This document shows, piece by piece, positions 40,033 through 54,055 of a DNA stretch of 64,000 nt (position 1 is its first letter; each line of letters starts with the position of its first letter). Under the pieces are notes generated by a model. It was given only the letters and a program-made list of their open reading frames with translations, ran no database searches and was not told the DNA's origin. The DNA comes from Adineta vaga (lineage: Eukaryota > Animalia > Rotifera). The stretch is taken from contig CP075494.1 in the NCBI GenBank assembly GCA_021613535.1, forward strand, positions 14,942,001-15,006,000, given 5' to 3'. The position numbers and the translations under genes are program-made.

Positions 40033-41914
40033 ATGCATTCAGCACTCAGGTTTTTCTATCAATTGAAAGTTATCTTATGATGAATAAACTTCTTTTTTTT
40101 CTCTTCAATTTAGACCCAAACCTCCTGTTAAATTACCAACATCATTAATTCCATTGACTGTTGCTCCAATTAAAAAACCATCAATTAATCATTCAAAGCC
40201 GATAACACATAATCATCATAAACGTATCGAATCGAACAATTTGGCAACAGAAAAATGTATTTGGTCGTTAGGTTTGATCAATTCCAAAGGAAAATATTTA
40301 ACAGCTGAAACATTCGGATGTAAAATTAATGCTAGTAAGATTTATTCCTATGAATTTTCTATCTAACTTCTTCTTGTTTAAGCTGGTACATGTCTCAAGA
40401 AGAAACAACGTTGGACAATTACTTACAATATTGAAAATGATTGTATTTATCTTCAATCATGTCTTCATCATTACTTATCAACCGATAAATATGGTCGTTT
40501 AAAATGTGATACATTCGATGTTGATAATGATTGTCGTTTTCAACTTGAATATAATCGAAATGGTCAATGGGCGATTAAATCTCTTTCGTATGGAATGTAT
40601 TTAGGTGGTGATGTAGATCATTTACATTGCTTTAGTAAATCACCGGAATGGTGGTCGCCTCATTTAGCACTTCATCCACAAGTAAAAATTAACAGTTTTC
40701 AATCGAATTTTTCTTAATGAAATTTCTTTAGATTAATTTAAAACATGTTCTTCGTAAACGTTATGCCAAATTAGATAATGATGAAATTCATATTGATGAT
40801 ATTATTCCATGGGGTAGTGAAGCTATTTTAACTGTTGAATATATTGATGGACAATATTGTATTCGATCGAATGATGGTCTTTATTTTCATAAAGATGGCA
40901 AATTAATTTCTAAACGAACGAATGAAACATTATTTACTATTGAACTTTATAAAGGTTATTTAACATTTAAAGATTGTGAACAATGTTATTTAACAGCAAT
41001 TGGTCCATCAGGAATGATGACAACACGAAATAAAATTGCTGGTAGAGATGAACAATTTCTTTTGGAAGAAAGTAAACAACAAATATGTTTAATTGCTCCA
41101 AATGGAAAACTTGTTTCGATAAAACAAGGTGTTGATCTATCAGCAAATCAATGTGAACCAAATCATAGTAGTATATTTCAATTAGAATATGATGAACAAC
41201 TTGACGTTTATCATATCCGAACTTCAAATAATAAATACTGGAAATTGGAAGGACATGGTCTACAAGCAACAGCAGATAAACGGTAAGAAAGGAGAGAGAG
41301 AAAGAGACGAAAGATTTTCTTTATGTAATAATTAATCATAGATCGATCGATACGGGATTTTATATTCAATCGACAAATAATGGTCATGTGACATTTCAAG
41401 CATCGAATGGAAAATATATTGTTCCACATGCGACTGGACACATGCGAGCTATTAGTGATCAATTAAATACAAATGATAGTTGTTTTTCAGTTAAATTTAT
41501 CAATCGACCATTTTGTGTATTTAAATGTGAATTTGGTTATGTTGCTTATCGAAATAAACATTCACGTATACTTGAATGTAATAAATCTGTATTTACATTA
41601 TTTACACTTGAAGAATCCGATGATGGGATTGTTTATCTCAAAGGTAAAATAACAAAAAAAAGAATAGAAAACTTAATTCCGTTTTTTTTCTCTTCTAAAT
41701 GATAGGTTCTGATGGAAAATATTGGGAAATTTTAAATGATCTAACTGTTAGTGTGACTGGAAATGAACCATCAAAATTCGTTTTAGAATTATGTTCTTCA
41801 CATTCACGAATACTACTCAAAGCACCGAATGGAATGTATTTACAAGCTGAACAAAATGGTAGTATACATGCAACATGTGAAAACAGTCGACAAGCAATTC
41901 AATGGGAATTTTGA
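40033..41914 (+). CDS. FSCN: Fascin (actin-bundling protein)
   Basis: LGLINSKGKYLTAETFGCKINA...LKKKQRW, HLALHPQINL, IPWGSEA, DEQFLLEES, LVSIKQGVDLSANQ, FINRP. Confidence 0.93.
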
Positions 41915-42716
41915 GAATAATCTTCGTTTCTTTTAAACACAATTAACTATCTGTTGTGATCCTCATGTCAATAAATCATTGTTGTATATGTATGTATGTC
42001 AAAAGAGATTGTTTGCATAGAGCATAAGCCATGATTTATTCTCTGTCGTTCGACTGAATCTGTGTGTTTAATACTCGTTCTATTTGATCGAAAATGATTC
42101 CGTTTTTGTTGTAGTTTACATTCTTTTTTTACAATTAAATATTTCGAGCACACTCGATATTCGATATCTCAATGTATGTGAAATAAGATATTCTTTTATT
42201 GACAAGAAGCTTCAACAATATTGTATTGTTATGATCATCAAGGTTTATTTTAACTACAAACAATCTTTAGATGTATTCCTTTCTCGATAAGTTACTTACA
42301 TCTACACAACGAAGATTATAATTTGAAGTGTATGTTGAAAATAGAGGAAATATAAGTACATTTAGTGCACTCTACTAATGTGATGAACCATTTTATTCAT
42401 AATTATAATAAGAGAATAGGAAGATTATGATTGCGACTGTGAGTGTTACATCAAAGTAGTGAACACTTTTGCTGAGAATGGCACTCTGAATACTGGATAT
42501 GATTCTACTCTTTATATCAATTTATCACAAAGTTATAACTCTCTCTTTGTTTAGATAACTTATATATGCGTCATGACCTCTTATCTTCACAGACAATCCT
42601 TTTAGAACGTGTGTATCTATCCAGTATTTATTCTCTTAAACACGTGGTATAATTATATATAAATATCTTTTTCTTTTTTTTTCTCATACTATTATCTGAT
42701 TCTTTTACCGAAAAAC

Positions 42717-43106
42717 ATGTCGTCAACAACTAACTTATCGAAAGTGAATGTGTATGAAAAAGCATCACTTTTCACTGCTCATTGGACACCAAAAATCATC
42801 GGTGAACTTAATGGACAACATGTTAAATTAGCGAAATTATTAGGTGAATTTGGATGGCATTCACATAAAGATGAAGATGAACTTTTTCTTGTTCTCAAAG
42901 GACAAGTTGTCATACAATTGAGAAATAATGAAAATGGGGATATTCATCTCAATGAAGGTGATATGTTTATTGTTCCAAAAGGTGTTGAACATAATCCCAA
43001 GGCAGAAAACGGTGAATGCACTGTGATGTTATTTGAACCAGCATCCACAGTTAATACTGGTGCTGAAAGAAATGATAAAACACAAATAGAACTCGAACAT
43101 ATTTAA
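42717..43106 (+). CDS. Intronless bacterial-type cupin domain protein
   Basis: HWTPKIIGELNGQHVKLAKLLGEFGWHSHKDEDELFLV...GDMFIVPKGVEHNP...LFEPASTVNTG contains cupin metal motifs HxHxxxDE and PxGxxH. Confidence 0.9.
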   Translation: MSSTTNLSKVNVYEKASLFTAHWTPKIIGELNGQHVKLAKLLGEFGWHSHKDEDELFLVLKGQVVIQLRNNENGDIHLNEGDMFIVPKGVEHNPKAENGECTVMLFEPASTVNTGAERNDKTQIELEHI

Positions 43107-43363
43107 TTTTACCATACAGGTTTTCTGCGATTCTATTTCTTTAATAAAATATAAATTTATTGAGCGACTGTACTTTCTTTTGGATATAATGATTGAATTC
43201 GATGCAATAGAAATATAATAGTGACATCTATTTGCCTAAGAAATAATTGGTTTAAAAGATTGTGTCCTATGCATTTGTCGTGATTCTATCATCGAGCTCA
43301 TTAGTCATTTGCTCTCAAAAGCATGTACATACAGGTTTATTTCAATTGATTATTTTTTTTTAG

Positions 43364-45707
43364 ATGACTACAATCAACGATTCATCACCAATAACTAACG
43401 AATCTAATCAGTCCGATACTTCGATCGGCAAATCACCTGAACAGAGTTCAGTTCTTGTTGTTGGTGCAGGTGGCATTGGATGTGAATTATTAAAATCATT
43501 AGCTCTTTGTCGATTTCGTTCCATTGGTGTCATTGATCTTGATACAATCGAAGTTTCAAATCTCAATCGACAATTTCTCTTTCGTCGTGAACATGTTGGT
43601 CAAGCAAAGGCAACAGTTGCATGTGATAGTATTCGTCGTCTTTGTCCATCGATACAAATCGAACCATTTCATGGTGATGTTATTACTGATCCACGATTTG
43701 ATATTTCATTCTATAAACAATATGATCTTGTTATCAATGCATTAGATAATGTTCAAGCACGACAGCATGTCAATCGAATGTGTTTGTTATGTTCAAAACC
43801 TTTGATTGATAGTGGATCAACAGGTTACAATGGACAAGCAACATTAATATTCAAAGGTCGAACACAATGTTATGATTGTATTGAAAAACCAAAACAACAA
43901 CGAACTTATGCTGTTTGTACTATTCGTAATACACCATCACAACCAATTCATTGTATTGTTTGGGCAAAGTTTCTCTATAATCAATTCTTTGGTGATAACG
44001 ATGATCCAAATAATGAAGATGTCACACCTGATGCTGATGATCCGGAAAATGATGCTAATCCACAACAAGAACAACAGCAGCAGCAAGAAAATGGTCATCA
44101 TCGAATCTCAACACGTGATTGGATTCAAGGTGAAATGGACGAATTTCAGCCGATTCGAGTGTTCAATAAACTATTCTATGATGATATCAACTATTTAACA
44201 ACAATGAAAAATCTATGGGAAAAACGAAGACAACCGATTGCTCTTCAATATGAACAAGCATGTCAAATACAAGAAAAAATCACTTCAAATGGTCAAACTA
44301 ATCATGAACAATCAGTGATGCCAAAGTTAAATGATCAACGAATTCAATCGATTCATGAATATGTTCAAATGTTTATTGATAGTTTACATGAATTAAAACA
44401 ACGTTCAGATAAACAACGACAAATAGGTAAGTGAATTTCGATGAGGAACTTGTTGAAAGATGATTTATGTTTAGCTTCGACAAGTAAAGAACCAACATTT
44501 CTTGTTTGGGATAAAAATGATGATGCCGATCTTCGATTTGTGACAGCATCAGCAAATCTACGTGCATATATCTTTGGTATTAATCTCACAAGTAAATTTG
44601 ATGTCAAATCAATGGCTGGAAACATCATTCCAGCTGTAGCAACAACCAATGCCATTGTTGCTGGTATCACTGTACTTCAAGCACGAAAGATTCTTTCAAG
44701 TTTACCTCGATCATCAACAGATCATACATTAACATCAATCAAACATTTAACTAATGTTTTCATTTCAACTGATCGTAAAACAGGAGCAATAATTCAATCG
44801 ATTCCATTGGAAGAACCGAATTCATCATGTATACAATGTAGTGATCTTGAACAACCAGTTCGTGTTCGAATCAATATGTCTTTGTTTACATTGTATTCAT
44901 TGTATGAACGTTTGATTCGTAAACATCTGAAAATGAACAAACCAGATGTGATTATTGCTGATGGTAGTGGAAGAATTTTGATATCTGCAGATGATGATGA
45001 AGAAGATGAAAATATGATGGTGAAAACACTTGATCAATTTAAATTAATGAATGGTACAATTCTACTTTGTGAAGAAGAATATGATGATAAAACAAATGAA
45101 GCTTTGATACAACATATGAAAATCAAATTAATGCTTGAACATACAGATACAATAACAGATAAAGATGAATATATTATTGTTGATGATCAAGTTATTGGAG
45201 AAATCAAACAAATTAAACAAACATTAAAACGAAAATATGCTGATGATGATGATGATGATGATGATGACAATATTCAACATTTAGATGATTATCAAAATGA
45301 AATGAATATTGTTAAAAAAACGAAAAAATTATCAACATCTCATGATGAACATAATAATGGTCCAATGCATACGAGTTTTGTTATGCTTGTGGATGATCAA
45401 GCACCAACACAAACAAATGGACATCATCGAAATACAGTAGAAAATGATCTTAAAATCAACGTAAAAAAGCAGATACAAAATCAAAACGGTAAATCAGATC
45501 ATTCGTTTGAAGAAGAAATATTTGAAAAGAATTATTTTTATTCTAGACAATTATACTTCAAATGATAGCAACAGTTGTGTGATATTAGATGATGATAGTG
45601 AAACAAATAACAAACCGGTTAATAATACAAACATAGGTGAGAATATTGTCAATCCTGCTGATGATGATGATGACGACTGTTATTGTGTTGAAATCACCGA
45701 TTCATGA
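43364..45707 (+). CDS. UBA2: SUMO-activating enzyme subunit 2, copy A (long acidic C-terminus)
   Basis: VVGAGGIGCELLK, DLDTIEVSNLNRQFLF, NALDN..AR, catalytic CTIRNTP..PIHCIVWAK, WDKND, KSMAGNIIPAVATTNAIVAG. Introns at ~44427-44474 and ~45491-45547. Confidence 0.93.
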
Positions 45708-46226
45708 AATCGTTTGTGGTCTTATTTTTCATTTCCTCGTGTCTTCTCTCTTTCTTTATTTATAAATCTAAATGTTTGACTCATTGTTACTAAATTACCT
45801 CTTCTCTTTTGTGTTTAATTTTCCTTGTTCTCCCTTTTGTTCGTATGTATTACAATGTATTCTTCTTTTCTTCAAAAACTCAAATACACTATTCATTCAA
45901 ATACACATATGAGAAAAGCTAGATAGCTTTGCAAAGAAAATCTATTAGTTTTATCAAATCTTAAGTGATAGTTTCTCTATTTACATTAATAACAATATAT
46001 GGGTGATTCGTGGTAGTATTGTATAACTGTGATGTTATTGGATAGTTTTATGCTAACTTCGTGTTAAGATTTTTTAAATATCATTCACCATCTTTATCCA
46101 ATGTGGCAAAACAAATGATGTAAGAAGAATAGTACCTGCTTGATATCAAGCAGTGAATTGTTCAAATAAATACACGAATGAAAGAACTCTACTTCGATTC
46201 ATATTTCTCAGTCACAAGTTTTGAAG

Positions 46227-47122
46227 ATGGTGTTTTTTTCTGATCGGCGATTCAATTACATTGACATTGCTAGTTATTCTCATTCTTCTTTTTATCTACC
46301 ATGTGTAAGTATTCATTTTTCATGAACTTATTCACTCGAGAAGAATATTGTAGTTATAATCTATGGACAAATAATATATTTCGTCGACTTGCAATACCTG
46401 GTCCTTTACCAATACCATTTCTTGGTGAAATCTTCAATGTCATTCGAAAAGTAATGAAATTTACTATCCAGAACGATCGAAATCAAATGCTGAATCTCTT
46501 AACTATGTTTAGGGAATATATCAGAATGATGTGGATCTTATAAAAAAAAATATGGTAAAACTGTTGGGTAAATGAAAACGAGTGTAAAGATACTCAAACA
46601 CTTTCTTTTCTTATAGTGTGTATGAGGAACCGACCCCGATCTTCTTCGTAATGTTCTCATCAAAGATTCACATGTGTTTATCAATCGACGAGTATGAATT
46701 TATAAACTTGTGTATGTTTCAACATTGTATCCACACTATTTCCAAGACTATCGAGTCTGGAACAGGTCCGTTTGAGTATGGTCTAACTCAGCTAAAGGAC
46801 GAACATTGGAAAAATGCCCGATCCATTGTTTCACCTACTTTTTCCAGCGCAAAACTCAAAACTGTATACTCATCTAACTTTCATAACTGAACAACTACTC
46901 TAATCTATGTATGGCTTGATGAATGAAGTCAGTAAAGTCTACAACAAACGACTTCTTGAGTATGCTGACAAACAAGAAATGTTTGATGTTCAAGAGTAAG
47001 TGTCTCTGTTGTTGATTATGGATATGGAAGATGAGATTGTGAATATGAATGTATAGATTAAATGGTCAATTCACACTGGATAATAATTGCAACTTGTTTG
47101 TTTGGTATTGAAACGAATTCTC
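46227..47122 (+). pseudogene. CYP3-clan cytochrome P450 pseudogene, 5' part
   Basis: Homologous to the CYPs at 55767 and 61017. Has an extra T just after the ATG, an expanded A-run at ~46540, a 21-nt deletion at ~46635 and a lost splice acceptor at ~46905. Homology ends at ~47122. Confidence 0.88.
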
Positions 47123-47555
47123 CCGATATATGTCAAATGATAAAACTTAGTCTTCTTCATAAAGTTATTCTTTAACGTCTGCTGCTGTTTTTTCTAGGGG
47201 TTAAATTTCATCAAAACGTAATATAAATCATACACTATTGAGTATATTTTCAACAAATGCGAACGTAGCATTAAATTGTTGAGGATGATATTATAAGAGA
47301 ATGAACATATGAAAATAGATTCAAACATTTTTGTGTCATATTTATTCAATTAAAAATAACCATTATCAAGAAAATCAATTGTTTTCTTTTCCTTAAATTA
47401 ATTTTGTCATTTTCTTTCAATCAAATATTACTGCATTGTTTAATTTTGTCTATAGAAAAATATCTCATTGTTTGCATTGATGAACAATGTGATGTACAGA
47501 TCGAGTCGAATATATATAAATCGATCATCTTCTTTTTGAATCAAATTAAATCAAT

Positions 47556-49265
47556 ATGAAATACTCAAATGTTGAATTAAATGATTTACCTGATGAAATT
47601 CTTCTGATGATTTTGAAAAACTTGAACAATTTTGATGTGCTTTATTCTTTTCATGGTGTTAATCAACGATTTACTCAATTGATTAAAGATTCAATTTTTA
47701 CAAATTATTTAGGTTTTGTTAAACAATCTTTAGACAAGTTTATTGATCGTCTTTCGGATACTACGATACTTGATCGATTTTGTTTACAAATTTTACCTTC
47801 AATTCAAGGAAAAATCGAATGTTTAAGTCTTGAATCATCATCAATGAGAAGTGTGTTACAGGCCGCTTCTTATCCTAATTTATATGCTCTTCAGCTATTT
47901 AATATCGATAACAAATCAGCTCGAAAACTTTTTAAAAGTAAGTGTATTTTAAAACTAATTTGCTATTGAAAGATTTAATTCTGTTTAGATAAACTTCTTT
48001 CAGCTAGTATATTCAGAACTCAAATTAAAATACTTAGTCTTACATGTAATCGAAAGGAATATTTTACTGATACAGCAATAGTAGGCAACATATTTCAGCG
48101 CATCTTTCCTATCTTTTCGAAACTAAATTATTTAATATTAGACGATCGATGGTATGATAATCGTGTTCGATTATATTTCGATGATATGTTAATTGTTAAC
48201 TTTCGTTCATCAACACTTTTATATTTAAATATAAGAGTACAATCTTTTCATGATTGTCTTTATATTCTTGATGGTCGTTTCAATCAACTTCATACACTTA
48301 TTATTGATTTGGTTAATCCTTGTGATGCAGGTGATGTTAAAAAACGTGTTAGTTTTCTTAATAGAAATGACTTCCTTGTTTGAAAATAGTTCTTTTTTTC
48401 TTTCTAGGATTATTTACCAAATTTAAAGTATTTTTCATTTACATGCACTTATGGGGTATATTTTGATAACAAAACAATTCGTTCACTTCTCCGTCGAATG
48501 TCAAATCTTGAAAGACTTAGTTTATTTATTGCGATCAATAATGACACAAAATTTGTTGATGGAAATTATCTGAAGAAAAATATTCTTAATTTTCTGAGTA
48601 AATTAGATCAATTTCAATTTTCTATTACTTCACATATACGTAGTCTGATGCATATTAATTTACCATTAACAAGCGATATTCAACAAACATTTCTTGATTT
48701 TCAAACAAAGAATATCATTTCTTATGTTGATTATTTTCCAGAATCGGACAGAGGACAATGTCATATTTATTCATATCCATCACAAACGACATATCTCAAT
48801 AGTATTACTAATAAATTTCCAGGTGGATTATATCAATATGTTCGTAAACTGTCCTTATTTGATGAAAAACCATTTGAACATGAATTTTTTCTTCGAATCG
48901 GAAAATCATTTCCATCGATGGAGATATTATCGGTGAACAATAAAAAACCACAAAATTGTAAAGATTCAAATGAAAATTTATCTCTTATTCAATATTCTAC
49001 CCTTCGTGAACTTCGCATTTGCAGTGCCCATGATGATTATATGGAAGAATTTCTCTTGGATACGAAAACATGTTTATCAAAAAATGTCAATCTTTATATT
49101 AAATATGAATCTTTAGAACGAGTCACACAAAATTTTATGCGTGAAAGTACACGAATCAATTGTACAAAAGTTGATAAATTATATTTAAGTGATAGATCAA
49201 AATGTTCAAATTCTTTGGAAGAATATTTTCCCAATACGAAAATAATTAATGTATTGAGATTTTGA
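47556..49265 (+). CDS. F-box protein with degenerate LRR-like repeats, 3 exons
   Basis: LNDLPDEILLMILKNL F-box; DCLYILDGRFNQLHTL, MSNLERLSL, CHIYSYP, DEKPFEHEFFLRI..SFP. Confidence 0.88.
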
Positions 49266-50327
49266 AAGACAATAAAAATCTTGTTTGATAGGAAAAAAAT
49301 TTTCGTTTTTTTTCTTATAATAATAGAAGAGAAAATTTGATGTAATAAACAAAAGATAAAGTCGAACAATATTCAAATTGTTTAATAAATATATTGGTTA
49401 AAAAACGCTTTCCTAAAACATTTTATTCTCAAAATTAATTATTTAAATAAACGCACATTTGATAGTCCAATCATGACCATGTGAACTTGTCTTAACTTGT
49501 GTTTGGTACAAAAATTATAATAAATGATAAACTAAGAAAATAGTAAAAGAAGAACAGATTGTTAAGTAAAGTATCGTAACGCTATACAAATGTGAATTCA
49601 TAGAAATTTATTAATCTTCGATATTTTATCAACAACCGAAAAGATTGAATAACAGTGAATGACTATCTACCATATTTCGGACAAATTATTTCTAGCTGTT
49701 GTTCGCATTTTCGATTATTATGCAAAAATAATAACTGAAGAATATTAATTGACTGTTGGCACAAAAACAAAAACAAAAACTGCGCATAAACATAAATAAT
49801 GAATCCAGAATATTTTTAATGATTTTATCATATCTGTAGTACAATCTTTAGAATTAGAAAATGATTTGTGAAAATGAATGTATTGGAACATTCAAATACA
49901 ATGATCAGTCGCTTTTATTTGTGATTATCTTTGCTTTATAAGTATCTTTCGCCTTCTAAAATGTTGAACTAAGTATAGAATTGCTTTGCAATACGTCTTG
50001 CGAACTATGTTATTTATTCAAGAAATTCGACAATGAAAAGGAAATCTAACGGTAAAAGATGGACAGAAAAATACACAACAAAAGAATTTAATTTGTATTT
50101 TATATAAACGAATAAAAGTATCGCATCATAGCTATATATATCTACAGAGGATAGATTTACTAACACATCTATCGTAATTTACTGAATAGAACGAAAGAAA
50201 ATATCATTTGAATAAAGGACAGTGAATAATTCATAATGAATGTCATTTCAAATGATGTGTTTTCCAGCAATTCTATATATATATCAGAGATTTTGTAAAA
50301 TGTTCGACATTTTTTTCTAGATAAATC

Positions 50328-51027
50328 ATGGAAAAAAATATGCAAAAAGAAAAATTCAAATTTTTATTCAACGAAGTACATGAGTTTTTAAAGGGTAGAA
50401 ACATTCGGTGTGAATTCGACACAGGCACAGTAAGAAAATAAACTATCTATTTTTTCATGGTTATGTTTTTATTTTTTACCTTCCTAAGGAAGAATTTAAT
50501 GCTTCGAACGCTGCTTGGACATAGAATCGGTTTTGTATATTAAATTATGAATACGAAAGCACACAATTCTTAATTCGCATAACAAAAGAAATAGGAATTT
50601 TTTATTTACATGCTGAAGTAAATTCTTTTCTTATTTAATACAACACAAATAGTTTTATGTCTTTAATAGGGAAGAAATGAACTTCGTTTAAATTACAAAA
50701 CACAAATAAATCCATAAATCGAATTCTATGGTAGAGAAAACGTTTGTCAGTAAGACATTATTGTTATAGTGTGAAAAAAATTCGATTATCTTTTGTAGGT
50801 TAGTAAATAGAAATGATTTTTTTACTTCATTAGATTCTATCGTGAATGAAATTCTTACAATCATTAAAAATTATCAATCGAAGAAAATTGCAACAACAAC
50901 GGAAACTATTGATTCATTTGATGTTCTCGACGAAATTATGAGAAAAGGAACCTCACATGAAGTTGATCGTAAGGATCCAGGTTTCAAACAAATGCTAAGC
51001 TATTTACAAGGACAACCTGATCATTAA
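50328..51027 (+). pseudogene. Spliced gene of unknown family with in-frame stops
   Basis: Four putative exons with GT-AG introns keep frame, but there is an in-frame TAG (~50522) and TAA (~50715). No recognisable domain. Confidence 0.45.
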
Positions 51028-51559
51028 ACGAATTTGCTATATTTGATAATGAATTTCATTGATCATGTATTAGTAATGATTGATCATGTTGAAGTAAATC
51101 AAGTGGATGAATAAGAATTCTTGATGAATCTTCTTGTTTTATCTTTAATCCATGAAGTGAACATAATAAATCTTTATTCATTCCAATTCTAAAACATTTC
51201 TTCAATCGACAATATCGAGATTGATGTCGAATTCGCTTTGTTATTAAACAATTTCCATCATATTTGCATTGATTTATATTCTATCAAGCAAATCGATACA
51301 AAAAACAAAGAAAAAGATTCAAAATAAACCAAATCAAAATGAATATTTTAGATGAATCACAACATTGAACGTCATAATTGATTTCAGTATTATCATCATT
51401 ATATACAAGATATTTCATTAATGATTCCATCTAAAATAAGAAATAGAATTATTATATCGCGATATTCATGATACGTGAAATAAATCGACATGTAAAAGAA
51501 GAATATATGTTAGAGTTAAAAAACACTAACATCTAATAAGAAAAATACTTCTGTATACT

Positions 51560-52050
51560 AGTATTGATGGAACCATAACCTTGGAAAAAAGATTTGTAAT
51601 ACTAGCGGGAATAAAAATGTATTGCCTTATGAAAAAATTGGTAGGGTGTGGGGCAATTGCCCCCTCCCCCTCGCTCCCTAGCTGGCCCGCCGATGATCAC
51701 CCACGCCCATACCCTCAAGATTTTTTTCTGATCTATTCACACGATCCGGTGCAGTTTGATGTGCTGAATCCGAATATGTGCAATTCATTAAGATAAAAGT
51801 GATATTCATGTCAAAAATCGAAAAATACTGCAAAAACCGAAAGTCACGAAAAATCAGGTTTTTTACTAGGATTTTGAGAATAAGATTTCAAAAATGTTTG
51901 CTATAGCTTTGGAAACTTTTTCTCCAGATTCAGCATCAAAAACTGATTCTAGGACACTACTTTTTGGTCTTTCAGTGCATATCTTTGTGATTAAAAGAAT
52001 TCGTTTCTTTCAACATAGAGACTAATTGAGTTCTTCTCATTAAAAATGCG
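51560..52050. mobile_element. Probable non-autonomous DNA transposon fragment
   Basis: Locally GC-rich and non-coding, with internal inverted motifs (gatgtgctgaatc / gattcagcatc). Abuts the resumed CYP pseudogene. Termini not resolved. Confidence 0.4.
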
Positions 52051-52051
52051 T

Positions 52052-52708
52052 CAACTCATTTTTTAGATATGGTAATCAATGAAACACTTCGAATGTATAC
52101 ACCATTTATAAGGTATGAGTTTCATTTGCACATATCCTTGATCTAACAATATGTCCCGATAATAGATTTGATCGTGTCGCATCTCAAGATTACAATCTAG
52201 GTCCATACCGTATACCAGAAGGAACCTTCATCGGTATACCTGTGTACCCAATTCATCATGATGCTGAAACATGACCCTCACCCTCAATTTATACCTGAAA
52301 GGTAAAATTGAGAGATAGTTGTTAGAACAGATGATCGTATTTCATAGATTTTCATCTTCTGAAAAAATTAAACGCCATCCAATGGCACATCTCCCACTTG
52401 GTGATGGACCTTGGTAAGAAGACATGGGAGTTTGCTTGATTCGATGAATATATCTGTTCATTATTATTTTTAGCAATTGTGTTGGAATGCGATTTGCATT
52501 GCTCGAAGCTAAACTTGGAATCGTCAAAGCACTTCAAGTTTTAGAATTTCAACGATGCGAAAAGACAGAAGTAAGTAATGATGTTTTTAAGCAATTACTA
52601 GTTTTTACTATTGATATTTATTGTTAGGTCCCACCTGTATTATGTAAAATGGCATTCTTAAAAGGCAAAAATGGTCTCTTTGTTCGCGTTGTTCGTCGTT
52701 CACAATGA
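52052..52708 (+). pseudogene. CYP3-clan P450 pseudogene, 3' part
   Basis: DMVINETLRMY, PIHHD, a premature TGA at ~52272, LGDGP|NCVGMRFALLEAK and VVRRSQ*, with the same introns as the intact paralogs. Confidence 0.88.
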
Positions 52709-52737
52709 GTGACATGCAATTCAGTTGCTTTTTTCAG

Positions 52738-52984
52738 TAGTTAGTTTTAGCTGGCTCGCTCCTGTTTATGCCATGCTATTCAAGACTATATCCTTTACCC
52801 GAGTATCTTAAACCATGTTTCAAACCTTCTTTTTTATTTATATTGTATTTTAATGAGAAAAAAAATAAAACAACAATAGAATGTATTTAGTTAGATATGT
52901 AATGTTCAAATCTATCATCAAAGTCTTGATTACAACGATGAGATATTGATCGATATATAAGCGGCAAATCTAATAAATAAAGAT
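52738..52984 (+). repeat. ~247-bp direct repeat, copy 1
   Basis: tagttagtttta...gcggcaaatctaataaataaagat; near-identical to 55298-55544. Confidence 0.92.
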
Positions 52985-52999
52985 AAGGATTTACAGAAA

Positions 53000-54055
53000 C
53001 AGAGGTCCAATCAGACCAGCATTTTATAGGCCTGGGCTATGCCCATAACAGCCTTGCACCTTACTTAGCCTGCCTGTGCCTATTATATGTTTCCTTTGGC
53101 CTGGCTACTTTTTTATTCCAATAATATAATAACAATAACAGTTAACTTATTGTTCAATTTCACAGAAGTTCTCGAGACCCACTTGAACAAACCAGATGAT
53201 TACACTAAGAACGCTGTACGATGAAAATGAATGAAGCATCTCGGTATTTTCCGTGCAACATAGCTTGCTTTTTCTGCGTTTTCAGGATGATACAAGAGTT
53301 GAAGTGAAACATGAAAAGTTCTCTTTAGAATAGCTCTTCAGTTATTGAAAGTCAAGAAACATTTAGAGTAACTTAAAGGAAGCTTGAACTAAGAAGTATT
53401 TAATCTGCGGAAAAACAAATCGACGAAATTCTAGTATCCATCATTAATAAGATCTTAAGATGAAAGAGCGAGTTTTTCAACAGAATCCCATATTATAGAT
53501 CAAATAAGAATTAACGTTTACAAGAAAAAGAAAAAATCAGAATGGCAACAATATAGCGATAAATCAAATTTCTGGTTTAGGGACATTTTGGATGAATCTG
53601 ATAGATAAAAAAGTCTCCTGGAGTATTGTGCCAAGAGACACTCGATCATCGTTAACCACTGAATCTGTATCAGAAAATGCTGCCTCATCTAGGTTGAATC
53701 AACATGAAACTGAAAATATTGATCAGCGAGTAATAATGAATATGTGTACTCTTGTCGATAAGCTTCCGACAATGATAAAAGATTTGAATATATTCAAGTA
53801 TTTTTTATATTATTTTCAAATATCTATCTATTTTGTCACATCTGAACACTACCCTGAAAATGACCTTATCGACATCTTTTTTACTGATCACATATGAAAT
53901 TTATATGATAAAACTTCGATATCAAACAATAAGTGGACAGGCCAGACGACCTGGCATTTTTCAGCCGCCTGTCTAACTTGATGAACGGGTGGGCCAGGTC
54001 TTAAAAACTCGGCCTGTGACAGGCAGGCTTCCTGACCTGCTTGGGGTCCTGGTAC
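53000..54055. mobile_element. Possible decayed DNA transposon
   Basis: GC-rich ggcctg/caggcc-type patches at both ends (53000-53105, 53935-54055) around a degraded ORF-like interior. Family not identifiable. Confidence 0.35.

Noticed and set aside
43524-44670. Alternate-frame and antisense ORFs over UBA2, and similar ones over other genes
   Set aside because: Shadows of real coding exons; duplicated only because UBA2 is duplicated.
50328-51027. Stop-codon readthrough or alternative genetic code
   Set aside because: Other genes in the window terminate at TAA and TAG normally; pseudogenisation is simpler.
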